Assembly (NCBI RefSeq): GCF_001194135.2 | Contig: NC_068981.1 | Location: forward strand, 75,347,994 to 75,411,993 | Length of the DNA: 64,000 bases | From: Octopus bimaculoides | Taxonomy: Eukaryota | Direction: 5' to 3' | Shown here: positions 43,501 to 56,906 of the stretch, piece by piece | Position numbering within the stretch: the stretch's first letter is position 1 | Layout: each line of letters starts with the position of its first letter | Program-made: the position numbers and the translations under genes | Notes under the pieces: generated by a model | Told to the model about the DNA's origin: nothing | Seen by the model: only the letters and a program-made list of their open reading frames with translations | Databases searched by the model: none

Positions 43501-43929
43501 ACCTTCAAAGCTGTGACATAATCAGTAAAGTCGACTTTGAAATTTATTCTTCAGGATTGATGAAATGAATTCCAATTAAGTACTTCACTGATTCTTATCA
43601 ATACTAAGCCTCCTCGTAACATTTTTGTGACACGTCTATATTATAAATAATTATTGTGGTGGGAGATTTGGTAGATGAGTAGGCTATAGACAAAATGCCT
43701 TCCTTTTTACACTTTAGTTTAAATAACGTTCAAGTCGGCCCTACTGTAATCGATTAAATAAGTACCTTTCAAATGTCCTTTCGGTTTCATAGACTGTACT
43801 GCTACTCCACAGAATGTATGTGAATGTATATGTGTAACATATCATTATTATTCATTATAGAGCGCAAAACTAATTGCTTTATATTTCGCCTGTCCAAGAG
43901 ACGAATTGAGCATACACTAAATAATGCCC

Positions 43930-45010
43930 CAGAAACATTCCTTCAAAGCAATTAGTTACCTCCTCTTTCTATTTTCAGGTCAAATCTCTCCGAGGAAGAT
44001 TTTGTCTTTCTAAATACTATGATCAATAGAATATATACAATTAATATAGCATTTTCAATATAATCAATTATATACTTTTCTTTAAATCAAGTGCCTTACC
44101 TGTACATGTGAAAGGAAGTTTTCATAGTTTCCGTTCACGTTTTATAAATTATACGATGGCCTTTGAAAAACATTAATAATAGAATACTGGTAAAGAGCTT
44201 TCTATTGTTCATTTGCGTTTATTACGTTTTGAGTTCAAATCTAGTAGTGACTTATAAAAAACTTACATTTCTATGGAGTGGATGAAATAATATTCAGTAC
44301 CGAGCCACAGTTGATTCAACATTTGATAGCTGAAACATTGCCGTATACCGTTTCAGTAAGTACACCTTTAGTTCATATACGCCCTCATCTCAAATCTATG
44401 TAATCTACATAATACTTCCATTTCTTCTGAGTTAATAAATATCAGTGATCTCCTGTGGTTAACTGAGCCGAATGCTCATCACACTTGCGGAAAATAAGAT
44501 TAATATTATTTCGTTTCTATCATTCTCCTGAGAAAGATAAATTAGATACATACAAGTTATGGACAGTGGAATATTAGAAATAATAAAATAGCCTGTGAAA
44601 TTAGTTAAGTATTTAAAATAATCTATCACATTCTCAGTTTAAATCTCCCGGTATCAACGTTATCATGACTCTCTCCAAAATTGAAGAATCTACAGTGCTC
44701 TAACATCAATGCAAGTAACTATACGAATTTCCTATGAATGTGTTGGCATTGTGCAAATATGTATTATGATTATTTGCGTAATATGAGCTCCATTATGACT
44801 AAGTGATCAAACAGTTAAAGTTTAAGAGTATTTCCTATGAATGTGTTGGCCTTATAAAAATGTGCATTGCGATTAGTTGCATAATAATAGGCGTAGGCGT
44901 GGTTGTGTTGTAATAAGGTAGCTTCCTAACTACGTTGTTCCGAGTTCAATCCCACTGCTGCGCCTTGGGCAGGTGTCTTCTACTATAGAGTTGGGCCGAC
45001 CAAATCCTTG

Positions 45011-45060
<50 letters not shown>

Positions 45061-46300
45061 GTGTGTGTAAGTGTGTGTGCCTGTGTATGTGTGTGTGTCT
45101 TTCTGTCTGTGTTTGTCTCACATCATCGTTTGACAACCGGTGTTTGTGTGTTTATGTCCCCGTAAATAAGCGGTTCGACAAAAGAGCCTAATAGAATAAA
45201 TAGTAGGCTTAAAATTCAGTTATGGGATCGAATTGTATAGCAGAAACACTTCAAGGTGGTGCTCCACTGAAACAAGTAAACGAGTGAAAGAATAAAAGTA
45301 TATAAACTCCGTTATGATTAAGTGATCAAACAGTTAATGTTTTAGAGAATTTGTCGTGGTCATTGCAATTTATTATAATACGTTATTTATCATTGAATCT
45401 TCTTCCATACGCAACTAAAATATATCCCACTATAACTTGATATTCATCATTAATAAGATCTTGAAACTATCGGATTGATAAAAACTGATATTCTAACCTC
45501 ATTCAGCAATACTAATTGGGACACGCGTATACAATTCTGCTGAAAATATATCTCAAGCAGCGTACAATAAGCTAATAATGGTAATTAATTTCAAAGTCGC
45601 ATGCGTCTTAATAAGCTTGCACATCACAAAATCTTTGGTTTTGATGACGCAATTTCTCAGTCCTGCTTCGCATAAAGTTTTGAAAGGCCAACCGCTCAAT
45701 ACCTGCACTTCCTAGTCTTCCTTTACAAGATATATCCCTTTATCCACTCTCTCCACTAATTTTCTTTCTCCAGAAATCCAAAATGGCGTGAGCCCTTGTC
45801 TCAAGGAATTATCACTTCATAATATCCCTTGAGAAGCTAATTGAAATAGTGAAAACCGGTTGGATATCATTACATTTTATGAGACTTTTGCCATCCATAA
45901 AATATGTATATATATTTTTTTATAAAACGATATTAAAATTTATGTGAAATGAAGGCATTTCTATTCCGCCTTTTTTCACATATGTTTTCCACATATTTTC
46001 ACTTCATAATTTTGCCACGTAGTGTATACTGATTCTCCAGCATTTTCGCCACTTTATATTTCTCATACATATATATATATATATATAGTTCACGATTAGC
46101 ATCCAGGTTTGCTATGAATGCGAATAAAAATCCAAGCTGAGGTAATGGAGCAAGTAGAATCCAGAGTACATGTTTTTTCCTAGCAAGCAGAAGCTCGGAT
46201 TTCATAATTACTCAAAGAGGGATACTCCACTAGCTAATCAACATACCGAAGAAATTTTTCTTAAATGAAGGTTACATCGAACATAAGGAATCCCAAGTTT
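43930..46300 (-). pseudogene. Decayed TLR-like remnant 10 (LRRs - LRRCT - TM - TIR)
   Basis: GIERLAFQNF (45674-45703), ANTFIG twice (about 44735 and 44840), LSHN (about 44800), N*ECDRLF (about 44625), TM IILILFSASVMSI (about 44490), KKWKYY (44409-44426), TIR KYIIDYIENAI (44045-44077). Confidence 0.6.
44890..45298 (+). mobile_element. SINE family A copy
   Basis: ggcgtggttgtg...ccttgggcaggtgtcttctactatag...(TA)n...ttgacaaccggtg...cggttcgacaaaag...ggtggtgctcc...gaaacaagtaaa. Confidence 0.85.
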
Positions 46301-47129
46301 ACCTGCCAGAGAATATATGTAAGTATATGNNNNNNNNNNNNNNNNNNNNNNNNNNNNNNNNNNNNNNNNNNNNNNNNNNNNNNNNNNNNNNNNNNNNNNN
46401 NNNNNNNNNNNNNNNNNNNNNNNNNNNNNNNNNNNNNNNNNNNNNNNNNNNNNNNNNNNNNNNNNNNNNNNNNNNNNNNNNNNNNNNNNNNNNNNNNNNN
46501 NNNNNNNNNNNNNNNNNNNNNNNNNNNNNNNNNNNNNNNNNNNNNNNNNNNNNNNNNNNNNNNNNNNNNNNNNNNNNNNNNNNNNNNNNNNNNNNNNNNN
46601 NNNNNNNNNNNNNNNNNNNNNNNNNNNNNNNNNNNNNNNNNNNNNNNNNNNNNNNNNNNNNNNNNNNNNNNNNNNNNNNNNNNNNNNNNNNNNNNNNNNN
46701 NNNNNNNNNNNNNNNNNNNNNNNNNNNNNNNNNNNNNNNNNNNNNNNNNNNNNNNNNNNNNNNNNNNNNNNNNNNNNNNNNNNNNNNNNNNNNNNNNNNN
46801 NNNNNNNNNNNNNNNNNNNNNNNNNNNNNNNNNNNNNNNNNNNNNNNNNNNNNNNNNNNNNNNNNNNNNNNNNNNNNNNNNNNNNNNNNNNNNNNNNNNN
46901 NNNATATATATATATATATACACATAATTAAATATATATATACATACGTACACACACGCACGTATACATAGATACACACACATGCATATACTATGTGTAG
47001 TATATATATACTACACATTTCAAATACTACATATATAATTATATATTTATTCACACGCACTATCTCTCCCTCTCACACACACACGTATGTTATATACATC
47101 TTATGAAACATAAAATTATCTTTAAGTTT

Positions 47130-47870
47130 TAAATATACAATGGTAGCAATTCCTTTCAAGAATGGTATGCAAAGAATTTCTCTTAACGCTGTTGAATGCT
47201 TTTCGGAAGTCTCTGAACAGCACAACTTTTGGGAGACACCACTCTTGAACGTATCAATTTGTCCAATGCAGCTACACCTCTTTCTAAAGTCACTCAGGTA
47301 AACACTTATAACTTTATCTATCTTTGCATGTATATGATTTAAAAAAAAAAGGCCTTTAAAGAACTCTGTGCAATGATTCATGAGACTTATTCCCCGATAG
47401 TTGGACATTTGTCGCAGATCATTTTCTCTTCGGTGGTGGTACTATGATTGATGATCTTCATTCACTAGGCGACACACTTGTGAAGAGAACATTGTTACAT
47501 ATGTCAATATATGCTGCCTGAGGTCTGTTACTCCTCCATACTTCAGTGAGTCATTTTCTAGATTGAGGGTTTGTAGCAACTACTTTGTCATTTGATGCTT
47601 CCTTGAATACGAGAAGCAGATCAAACATTTGCAGATTTTCAGTGGAGTCCTCGTGTGCAATGTTGTGGGATAATTCTTCAGCTTGCGTTCCCTTACATGA
47701 TAACAATTTGTAAAATATTTCTTTCATGCTTCAATTCTATCCCGCTCGCAATTCAGGGGATGTCCATGATCATTGTAATCCTGTTGAACATCTTGCTCTC
47801 GGTTTCTTTTCTTCAGCATCTTCACTGTTCTGTAAGCTTCTTTGTGTTAGCGGGATAATATGATGAAGGA
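47130..47870 (-). mobile_element. RTE-like LINE fragment, N-terminal RT region (inverted relative to the adjacent fragment)
   Basis: Minus strand: IVPPPK..DLRQMSNYRGISLM...DFRKRCSCIGQI (RT subdomains 0-2), partly ORF 47073-47408. Confidence 0.8.
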
Positions 47871-47899
47871 TGTAATCCATGCAGAGGATGGAATTCGCT

Positions 47900-48590
47900 A
47901 TAGGGGTCAGTTGCAAATGATATTGTTCTCGTTTCTCCTAGCCTCATAGAAGTACAGGACTACTTGGATCGTGTTATGTGAAGAGCAAAGACTGTAGATC
48001 TGGAAATAAACGAATCAAAGACAGAGTATGTCATCATTAATATAAACATAGAGGAAACAACGGGGGTCCTGGCAAATGGAAAGCAACTGTCCAGGGTTGA
48101 CTAATTCACTTACCTTGGATGGACAGCAACTGATCTCTCTGACAACTCAAAGAGTGACATCATAGACAGAAGGAGTGCGACAGGTGGAGCTATGTCACAG
48201 CTTGAACACCAGCGGTCGTCTGGCATCAACCCAACAACGAAGATAAACATGTACAAAACAATGTCTTCTGATTTTTACATATGGATGCAAGAAATAGGTA
48301 ACGAATACGAATCGGCAAAGGGCCATGGTGAACACTTTTCACACAAGAAACCTATGGAAAACATATCAAATATTCTACAACGAACACGTTTCCGATGCGT
48401 GACGAAAAGAAAATGAGCACAAGGATAAAAGAATACCGGATTAGATGGATTTGTCACCAACAGCGACACTCATCCAATGAATGCTATCAACAGTACCTGC
48501 TGCTTGGCATCCTACAAAGTGGAAAGCGCGAGAGGAAACGACCAAGAACGACTTACCACTCTGTTATTAGGGTAGACTGCAGGATGTCGC
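47900..48590 (+). mobile_element. RTE-like LINE fragment, C-terminal RT region
   Basis: Plus strand: ANDIVLV (YADD-like), EINESKTEY, FTYLG, TKINMYKT, RIRWICHQQRH, GKRERKRPRTTY. Confidence 0.8.
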
Positions 48591-48749
48591 CTAGTATTCA
48601 TATCACTTCGTTGAATTTTCAATAAGAAATATTGATTGATTATATATAAAGTGTTAACTATTATATGAAATTGTACTTTTGCCTCCAAGGATAACATCAG
48701 GAAATTTGGTATACATACAATAATTGTAAGTTAACTAAATTTAAATTAC

Positions 48750-49870
48750 TAAATTTGGCATTCTCTTTGCTTTCTTTTTCTTTCCTGTGCTAAACCGCAT
48801 TTCTATTCTTGCATAGTTTCTTTCATATTGCAGTGTCATGAAACAGTTAAATGTAAAAAAAAAAAAGACTTAAAAAAAAAAAATAGATATTACTTTGCGC
48901 ATACATTTGATTGACATTTATGGTTGAAGCATTGTAAATATGAGTCTAATATTGTTTTCCATTTTTTTCTACTGTTCGACATAAACTATGAAATAGGATG
49001 AAAATATATTTCCCCCAATGACTATCTATGCCCTGTTCTAAGCGTTATATTCATATGTATATGTGCTATTTAAATAGTTATATTTGTTTCTCTATCACAC
49101 AACCTAGCCCATGTCTTTCGTTTCATACATGTATGTTTGTATTTATCCGTTGATAAATCAATAGGCTTTTGTAACAACCACCTCCTATGTATAAAGATTT
49201 ATTATATAGCAATGTTTTATGTATTATGTCCATCGAGCACCACATTAATAGAGTTAATTTCACCTTAAAATGAGACAAGCATATAGTGTTTGGTTATAAT
49301 TGATGGTAAGTTAGTTCGTATTCGCTTCTGATACTCCTGGTAATAATATGAAAATTACATGCAAATTCTCACCTACTTAAAGTAGTGAACCTCGCGATAA
49401 GTGTAAAATAATAACAAGGTTGTTTTCAAAATAATGAACTGAATCAAAGACTTCATCTTGTCTGATTGTTGTATATTTTGAATTTTGAAACAATCAAGAC
49501 TTGTTTATTTTGAAGATTCAGTACAAATGAATGGAGACAGTTTTCTTTTGTTGTCTGGAGAGCTGCCAATTTTACTGAATATTAATACTTACATTTTAAT
49601 GCGGGAAGACAAATTCTGATAACATCACACTAAGAAGAGCTGAATTGATTAGTATATGAAGACTTTGCACTTAAATATTCCTAAACAAAATATGACACCA
49701 ATTTATACACATATCTTGTATGTTTAACAAAAAATTGATTTAAAACACACTAACCCACTTTCTTTGTTGACATATCTATTGTCAGGCAACTGAATCAATT
49801 ACACGGCTTTTCGTGATGAGAGTATCCATCAACAGATTATGAAGTCTCTTGAAACCTAGGTACACATATG
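48750..49870 (-). pseudogene. Decayed TLR-like remnant 11 (short: last LRRs - TM - TIR)
   Basis: GFKRLHNL (49833-49856), LSPFICT (49520-49540), FIILKTTLLLFYTYR (about 49400), RLEQG (49030-49044), MSNSRK (about 48975). Confidence 0.45.
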
Positions 49871-49949
49871 TACCACGTAATCTGTTTTGCCGCAAATAGA
49901 AATCCCACTTTTAAAAAAAGATAAGTATAACACGATTGACTGCTCCGGA

Positions 49950-51200
49950 TAACACCCGTGATTTTTATATAATGTTCATGATATTCCAAGTAAAATTTGA
50001 TCATTACAAACAAGGAACCTCAAACAGAGTTGTATGGAACTTGATATTAATTACATTGTCGGTGGCATCACTATTTGTACTGCAGATGTTACAACCATTC
50101 CCTCTGAACCAATTCTACCAAAGCAGCATTTTTCGAACATTATCAAAACATGTGTTTGCTTCCTTTCACAACAATAAAAGGTGAATCTCAAGTTTATTTG
50201 TATTTTCACAAAATTTGGCGGATAATATTGGAAACTTTTGTGAATTCATTACTTTATTTGATCAACCTTCCAAGGTTTCTGCAATGCATTTGTCATCACT
50301 GGTCCCTGAACTATAAAAATCACCACAAAGATTGAGATCATAGCGTTCTTTCTGATAATACGCGATCGAGTAGGAGTTCACAAGTTACAATTCGAAATAT
50401 GTGTAAGTTTCACGCATAATATGTCTATACTGAAATTAACAAATGTTGTATACTATAACCAATAATATATTTCGCATACTGCTGATGACAAACATTGCAT
50501 TTATGTAATGTGTTTGTTGAATGAAGGAATTCGACTAAGAAACAAATTTCATTGCCCCATGTCAAATTATTATAATATATTCTTGTCATACACTGGTACT
50601 GCCTGCAGTGGTACAAACAAATATATGATTGCTTCGTGAATTACTGCTGCTGCAGACCGTCTCATAAAACAATTGGATAGAATTTGTGTCATAGTAAGCT
50701 ACATACTTTCCATTCTATATTGCAAAGCAATTTTCAGTTAAATTTTGATGTTATATGCCTTATGTTAAAATTGCATAGAAATACTATATACTTCTTTTTC
50801 TGATTAGAAATAGCATGCAGTAAAACAGGAAGAAGAAACTAGCTCGGGGATACAAATAGAAAACAGAATAAGTTGTTAATTGAATAAAATATGTTTCAAG
50901 ATATTAGCGATTGAAAGCTTACTTACCACTCGGCAAATTCACAATATCCACTGCGCCAGAGATGTAATTCTCTGAGCGCTTAGTACTTATTATCAGCCCA
51001 GAACATCGAGACAGGGCTGCTATGGTTGTATCATTGAGGAAACAAGCTAAACGCTTACAAGTATCTAGTTTAAGCCTAGTAGTTACTGACAATAAAATAA
51101 CTGTGGTGGGTGCACAGGCAGTGGAAGTTGAAGTTCGCTACTTTAAGAGATTATCGTCAACAAGAGCATGACACAGTAAGATTATAAGCGATCATTGATG
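49950..51200 (-). pseudogene. Decayed TLR-like remnant 12 (LRRs - LRRCT - TM - TIR)
   Basis: ALRELHL...SFQSLIS*NIFYSINNL in one frame (50869-50979); SNHIFVC and YQC...HKC (LRRCT); TM AMFVISSMRNILLVIVYNIC*FQYRH (50420-50498); TIR-like DKCIAETL, SKHMF..SKN and QREW/C (50090-50300). Confidence 0.6.
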
Positions 51201-51229
51201 CACACAAAGAATACCCAGTAGATTTACAG

Positions 51230-53500
51230 CTGTTACCTTTAAAAGAAACCATGATATTCAAAATGATTTTGTCTGTTTCTTAAGGGATGAAGCTGGATGT
51301 CATTTCACAGTAACAATGTAGAATAAATGAGTTAAAAGTATTTGCAAAACCCGCTATGGCTGGTTCACCACAAACAAACACAACGCTGATTCGTTCTTCT
51401 TTAACTTTACGATAAATAACGTCAAATAGGATGGTTCTAACCCGTAATGTTGGCGCACTTCGTTGATTGCAAAAAAAAGTGGGGTACAGATTAGTGTTCT
51501 TCAAGTATAAATAAATAAAACTAATAGCTATTGTTTTTTTTTATCATATTACGTTGTTTGTCATATATCATACTTCAGTAAAACGGTATTTATTACCGAG
51601 ACTGAAATGCAACGTGTTGTAACATGGATAACGATTTGACAAAGTCTTTATGAACACGTTCGATGATAGGATAATAGCTAAAATTAATATGGTTAAGTAC
51701 ATTGCACACGCGTTGACTCTACAAATTATACCTGTTAAACTGATAAATGTTCTTTGTCTTTTCTATATGCTGGAATAAACAGTTATAGAGTGAAACGATC
51801 CATAACATTCAGAGTACTACGAACAAAGACGAGAGATAAATAATTCCTCTCGATTATTTCTCCGATATTTCAAAGTATAGGGTTATGAATAACTATGTGA
51901 TTCGATTAGTCACAGTATAGAACAAGCAACAACAAGTCGGTTAGAAACGAAGTCTGCAATGCTTAAAGAAACTGTTGAAAATGAATTTTCTGCTCATTGT
52001 AGAAGCGAATATGTTTAAAATATAGTTTCAATTGAAGAATGAATTAAATGGGAAAGTTCGAACCAAGTTCTTATCTCGGAACTCTAGATGAAGTTATATC
52101 ACTTTATGTTAGTTTGCCTCACGTTTGTTTCTTCAAAGAACTACGTAGTTATATATGAAATTTTACAATGACTATATTGACGCCCAGAAACTTAGCAGTA
52201 TATGTAGTCATGCAGAATTTATCTGCACAAGTAGTTATTCTAAGAAAAAGAGTGTACATTATAAAAACTCAGAACAGTTTGGAATATATTGCTAAACAAG
52301 GCCGCCGTCGATCTCTCCATAGACTATAAAGTAATGTAAATCTGTTAACGGCTTCTTACTCCATTCAATTTCTTCAAAACCATATGCAAACACGCAAATT
52401 GTGTATTAATCATAATTTGGTATAAAGCAAACGAGCTGGCTCGGAACTGTAATAGCAATACAGTTTAAAAGCGACACAGATAAATGATAAATATTCCATG
52501 AGCGAATAATATAAATAAATGCATATTTTTCACAGAAATCTACAAATGAATGTTACGTATTATTTTTAGACTTCGTTTTGGATATTTAGTACAGATTTGG
52601 GAATATTAAAAATTTCACTTCGACGATTAATGCTTTTGATCAATGAATTCGGACAAAGCATATGAAGTGAATAAATTAAAATTTTCAATACATTTGCATT
52701 TAAATACTACTACCCTTCAAACATCGGATATGAGCTTACTGTATGACTTTGTGACTACTTTGATTTTTAATATAAAATTACAAACTGAAATGAAATATCT
52801 TGATTTACAATTATTTCGTACATGTCCAGGCAATTTTGAGAGGGCTCTTTCTCTCAAACAGCTGTGTTTTAGATGACGAAACTTTTGATAGACTTTCATC
52901 TTATCCCTTGTTCGTCTGTATATGTTTAATAATATTTTGAATCATTTCTAAGCATCATAACGGATAATAAATCGAAATAAACAGTTACAAAACATAACTG
53001 AATCAAGCACAGCAGCACAATGTTTATACATTTCATGGTGAAGATACGAACCAAAGTTATCCCACTGAATGACGTAGAATAGATTTGGTTAAGGGTTGAA
53101 TTTATTAACTGACTTAGACGTTGCAAAATAGCAGTGTTGAACTTGAATAAATAAGACATACCGGCCCTAAACGTATATTGATTGTTTATATACGTGTATA
53201 TATTTAAACTTATAAAACTGCGTCAAATTTTATTTTCCGAAGTTCGTGTCTTCTACAGGATAATGAGGTTGTTTAACTTCAGGTGAAGTAAAAACATATG
53301 TTGAAAAGGCATTCCAGCCATGACCATACCATTGTCGTGTAGTATAAACTAAACACAGTAGAACATGGTCTGATGGAGATTTAGCTGCGATTTCCAGCAA
53401 GTCGAACGACCTCTTAAATTGTCTCCTTGAAATGACAGCAATTCTAAATTTGAAACTAGCAGAATAAGCTGACAGTAACTGTACTAATTTCCTATTCACT
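51230..53500 (-). pseudogene. Decayed TLR-like remnant 13
   Basis: VISRRQFKRSFDLLEI (ORF 53230-53499); LQRLSQLINSTLNQIYSTSFSGI (ORF 52926-53159); TM AMYLTILILAIILSS (about 51660-51705); LYPTF/LQSTKC (about 51470, like LSPNFLQSEWC). Shares about 130 bp of nucleotide similarity with remnant 14. Confidence 0.45.
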
Positions 53501-54229
53501 TATGTCTTACTTGTTTCTGAAATACATATTTTACATGAGAAAATAGATTTAATTAATGCATAATGGCAGATGAATTAATGTGTATAGTGAAGAGAACAAT
53601 ACAGTTGAGAAATTCTCATTACTCAAATATTTAAGCTGATAGTTTTCTCTCCATCTTTTGACTTCATAATCTTATATGTGAATCAAAATCATTTACAAGT
53701 ACACGTTTAACATAACTCGCCTACATATATGCAAATTATGGAGTGGTCTATTCGCCGTCACTAAAATTGTTAGGAAAAGGAAGAAAAGAAGGTATTTTAT
53801 TGACTGTACGAATAGTGCTCAATCAATGGATCTTTCTTTAGTGTTTCATATTCTGATCAGTCTATTATTGCACGCTGGATCCATATAGCTGTAAAAATAA
53901 GTGAATTCGGGACGAATTATGCGACTGATGTCAGTAAATCATGAATTTAAAATACTATTTCCGACTACCGCTATACAGTAGTCTGACAATTTATCTGGTA
54001 AAAATATACATTTTAATCATTAATCATCTTCATGTTTTGCGTATGTGTATGCGTGAAAATGTAAATTTATATCTTGTCGAAGAAATAGTATGTTTATTAT
54101 TATGTATTGATTTAGATGGGTGTTTACTTCGTTTACAATATATAATAGCTCTAGATTCACTTTGACCTTGATCTCAACCGTTTGAATTGACACCTTTTCG
54201 CCATGATATGTGTGTATTGTCAGCTTTCC

Positions 54230-55700
54230 TAGAAATCAAATTATTCCCTTTGAACATTATTTTTTTCCAGAATGATACTTTCATTTATTCTATATTTCCT
54301 GTTCTGGCTGCGGAGAGGAATGTTTGTCTTTCGTAGAAATGTTATAATATAAGGTCATATTAGTTTCATTGAAATTCATATACACTGTAAGATATTCCAA
54401 CCGTATCGAAAAATTGTCATCCCTTCTGCTCACTTCTTAGGAAATTCTTTCTCTTTGGTGAAAGCTATATTCCTTTTATCAAGAATTTTCCTTCCGTTTC
54501 TGTACCCATATCCGCATCGCACTTAATAAGGTAAGCAATTAGGTTTCTACGAACAATATGTAGCTTACTGATATAATTAACCATTGATATATTACCTTTC
54601 GAAACACTTTCTTATATTTCTACACATATGCATAGTGATTAGAAAGAAAACGTACCCAACAGGTAAGAAGGAATAAAGACACTACTGAAAACGAAGTAGG
54701 GAGAAAGTAAAAGTGGAAAAGACGAAGGGGTCTCAATTTGAGAATCCAAACGTGAATGAAAGATATTGTTGCACATAATGGAAATGATTTTCTGTTGCAT
54801 GTCAACAGTTGTTCATTTCAATATATTTTCTTTGGTAAAATTAATCAATTATTATTCTTCCAGTCATAAGTCGTCTGTAGTACGTCATCAACTTCCACAG
54901 CTTGGTGAAAATTGTCATTTAGAGGGACAAGTATCACTAACTGCTCAACATATATTTTCTTTTATCGGTTTATCCTTTCTTGGTCTGTAGATATTTAATA
55001 ATATTTTGAATCACTTCTAAACATCATAACGTATCGTAAATTGAAACAAAATGCTAAAAATGCTAATTGAATCAAAGAGAGCAACATAATTTTGATACAT
55101 TTAATGGTTGACATACAGATCAACAACGCAAATTCAAATGCGTTCAAGAAAATATTTCAGTCGAGCAGTTTGTTGGATATGGGAAAGCTTATTTTGATAA
55201 ACATCACTCTTTTTTGAGAAGCCGTCAATCATACCAACATTGATTCTTTCAACGATGACAGTAATATCAACAATTAGCCAGTGACATTTGTAAAAAGCTG
55301 AAGCATTTAATGGTGTATCCACGCATATTTTTGCGATGAGAACTCGTGACATAATGCTATTGCAAAAATTTGATAAAGCTAAAAGCTTTTGAAATGGAAA
55401 AACAACTCCGATATTTTATTAGCATGAATACATGACTGAAAGCGACATTGTTACAAAAAAAAAAAAAATGAAAATTATGGAATCATGTCATAGGGCCAAC
55501 AACTAATCAGACATTCAAGTATTCCTCTTTATGCGATTAAAGATTCCAGACTATGTGGCATTTGTAATAAATCTTTAAATCATCCATTGATAAAATCAGT
55601 TACGACCTTCCCGGATGATCTATTTCTGCATGAAAATTTTTTTAATATTTTCTCAAATAATGCAGAGGTTGTAGTAGTTAAAGAAACAATGTCTAAAAAG
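54230..55700 (-). pseudogene. Decayed TLR-like remnant 14 (LRRs - LRRCT - TM - TIR)
   Basis: ING*FKDLL..SLESL (about 55550-55600), DVYQNKLSHI (ORF 55134-55352), ENHFHY (about 54790), TM SFSVVSLFLLTCWV. One frame 54566->54429 reads KLHIVRRNLIAY...GI*LSPKRKNFLRSE; box3-like SFWKKI at 54258-54275. Confidence 0.65.
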
Positions 55701-55946
55701 AAACCGACGCACTATATACATTATTCTTGACTTTCATCTTACTGATAAATATTTCATATTAATATTTATATATACAACGTTATGTCATCATTACAAATGG
55801 CATTCAAAAGTCAGTTACTGTTAAGGAAAGCGAAAACTGCCATTCAAAAGTTGGCTACTGTTAAGAAAGCTCGGAAGCTGCATCCATCCATTCTATCTAT
55901 CTATCTACCTACCTGCCTGTCTACCTACCTACCTACCTACCTACCC

Positions 55947-56009
<63 letters not shown>

Positions 56010-56014
56010 AGTCG

Positions 56015-56063
<49 letters not shown>

Positions 56064-56762
56064 TATGTATAGTTGCAGTTTACACGTTGTACTTCGTAAG
56101 ACTCTAGAGCAGAAATACCTAAATTCAGGTGTCTATATAATAGTAATAATTTTCGCAGCAGTCCCTATTTTAATGTATTACGGAGATCCATGGTTTCAGC
56201 CGCTCAAAATTAATGTCCGACATGATGCAGCATATAAAAAAAAAGAATAAAAACGGAAGTTCATGGGAGGAAAGAAAGAGATAAAATGTAAACATGTGAT
56301 GATATTTGAAGAAGTGAATATATGTGTTTGTAGAAGATAAACAAAGGTGGTAATAAGCTAGACGATGCTTGTATGAATTTGCGCGGGGCGGGTAAGGTGG
56401 TGGGAGCAATATCAGCGAGTTGAAGTGATTCGGTATAGTAATAGTAAAACGGGAAGGTATGTTTGAATCGGACCCCGGGGGATTAAGATTTATGGAGTTG
56501 TAGGTTAGAATAAAGCAGGAATATTAAGAGGTAGTGTGAATACCAAAACATTATGAATGAGATAGAGAAGTTTATAAAATCTTATAATTTATAATAGTCG
56601 ATGCAAACGGAAGCGTATGTGTTTATATATACACATTCACCCACGTGTAATTATACATATTATATGCATACATATATGTATGTGTATATATATATATATA
56701 TATGTATACAGACCCATACATATATTTACACATACGCATATGTATGCATATAATATATATAG

Positions 56763-56812
<50 letters not shown>

Positions 56813-56906
56813 TTATAAACATATTTGTTTTTATGTTATATATGTATACGTAAATATATACATATGTGTGTGTATATATATATATATACAAACACATACA
56901 TATATA

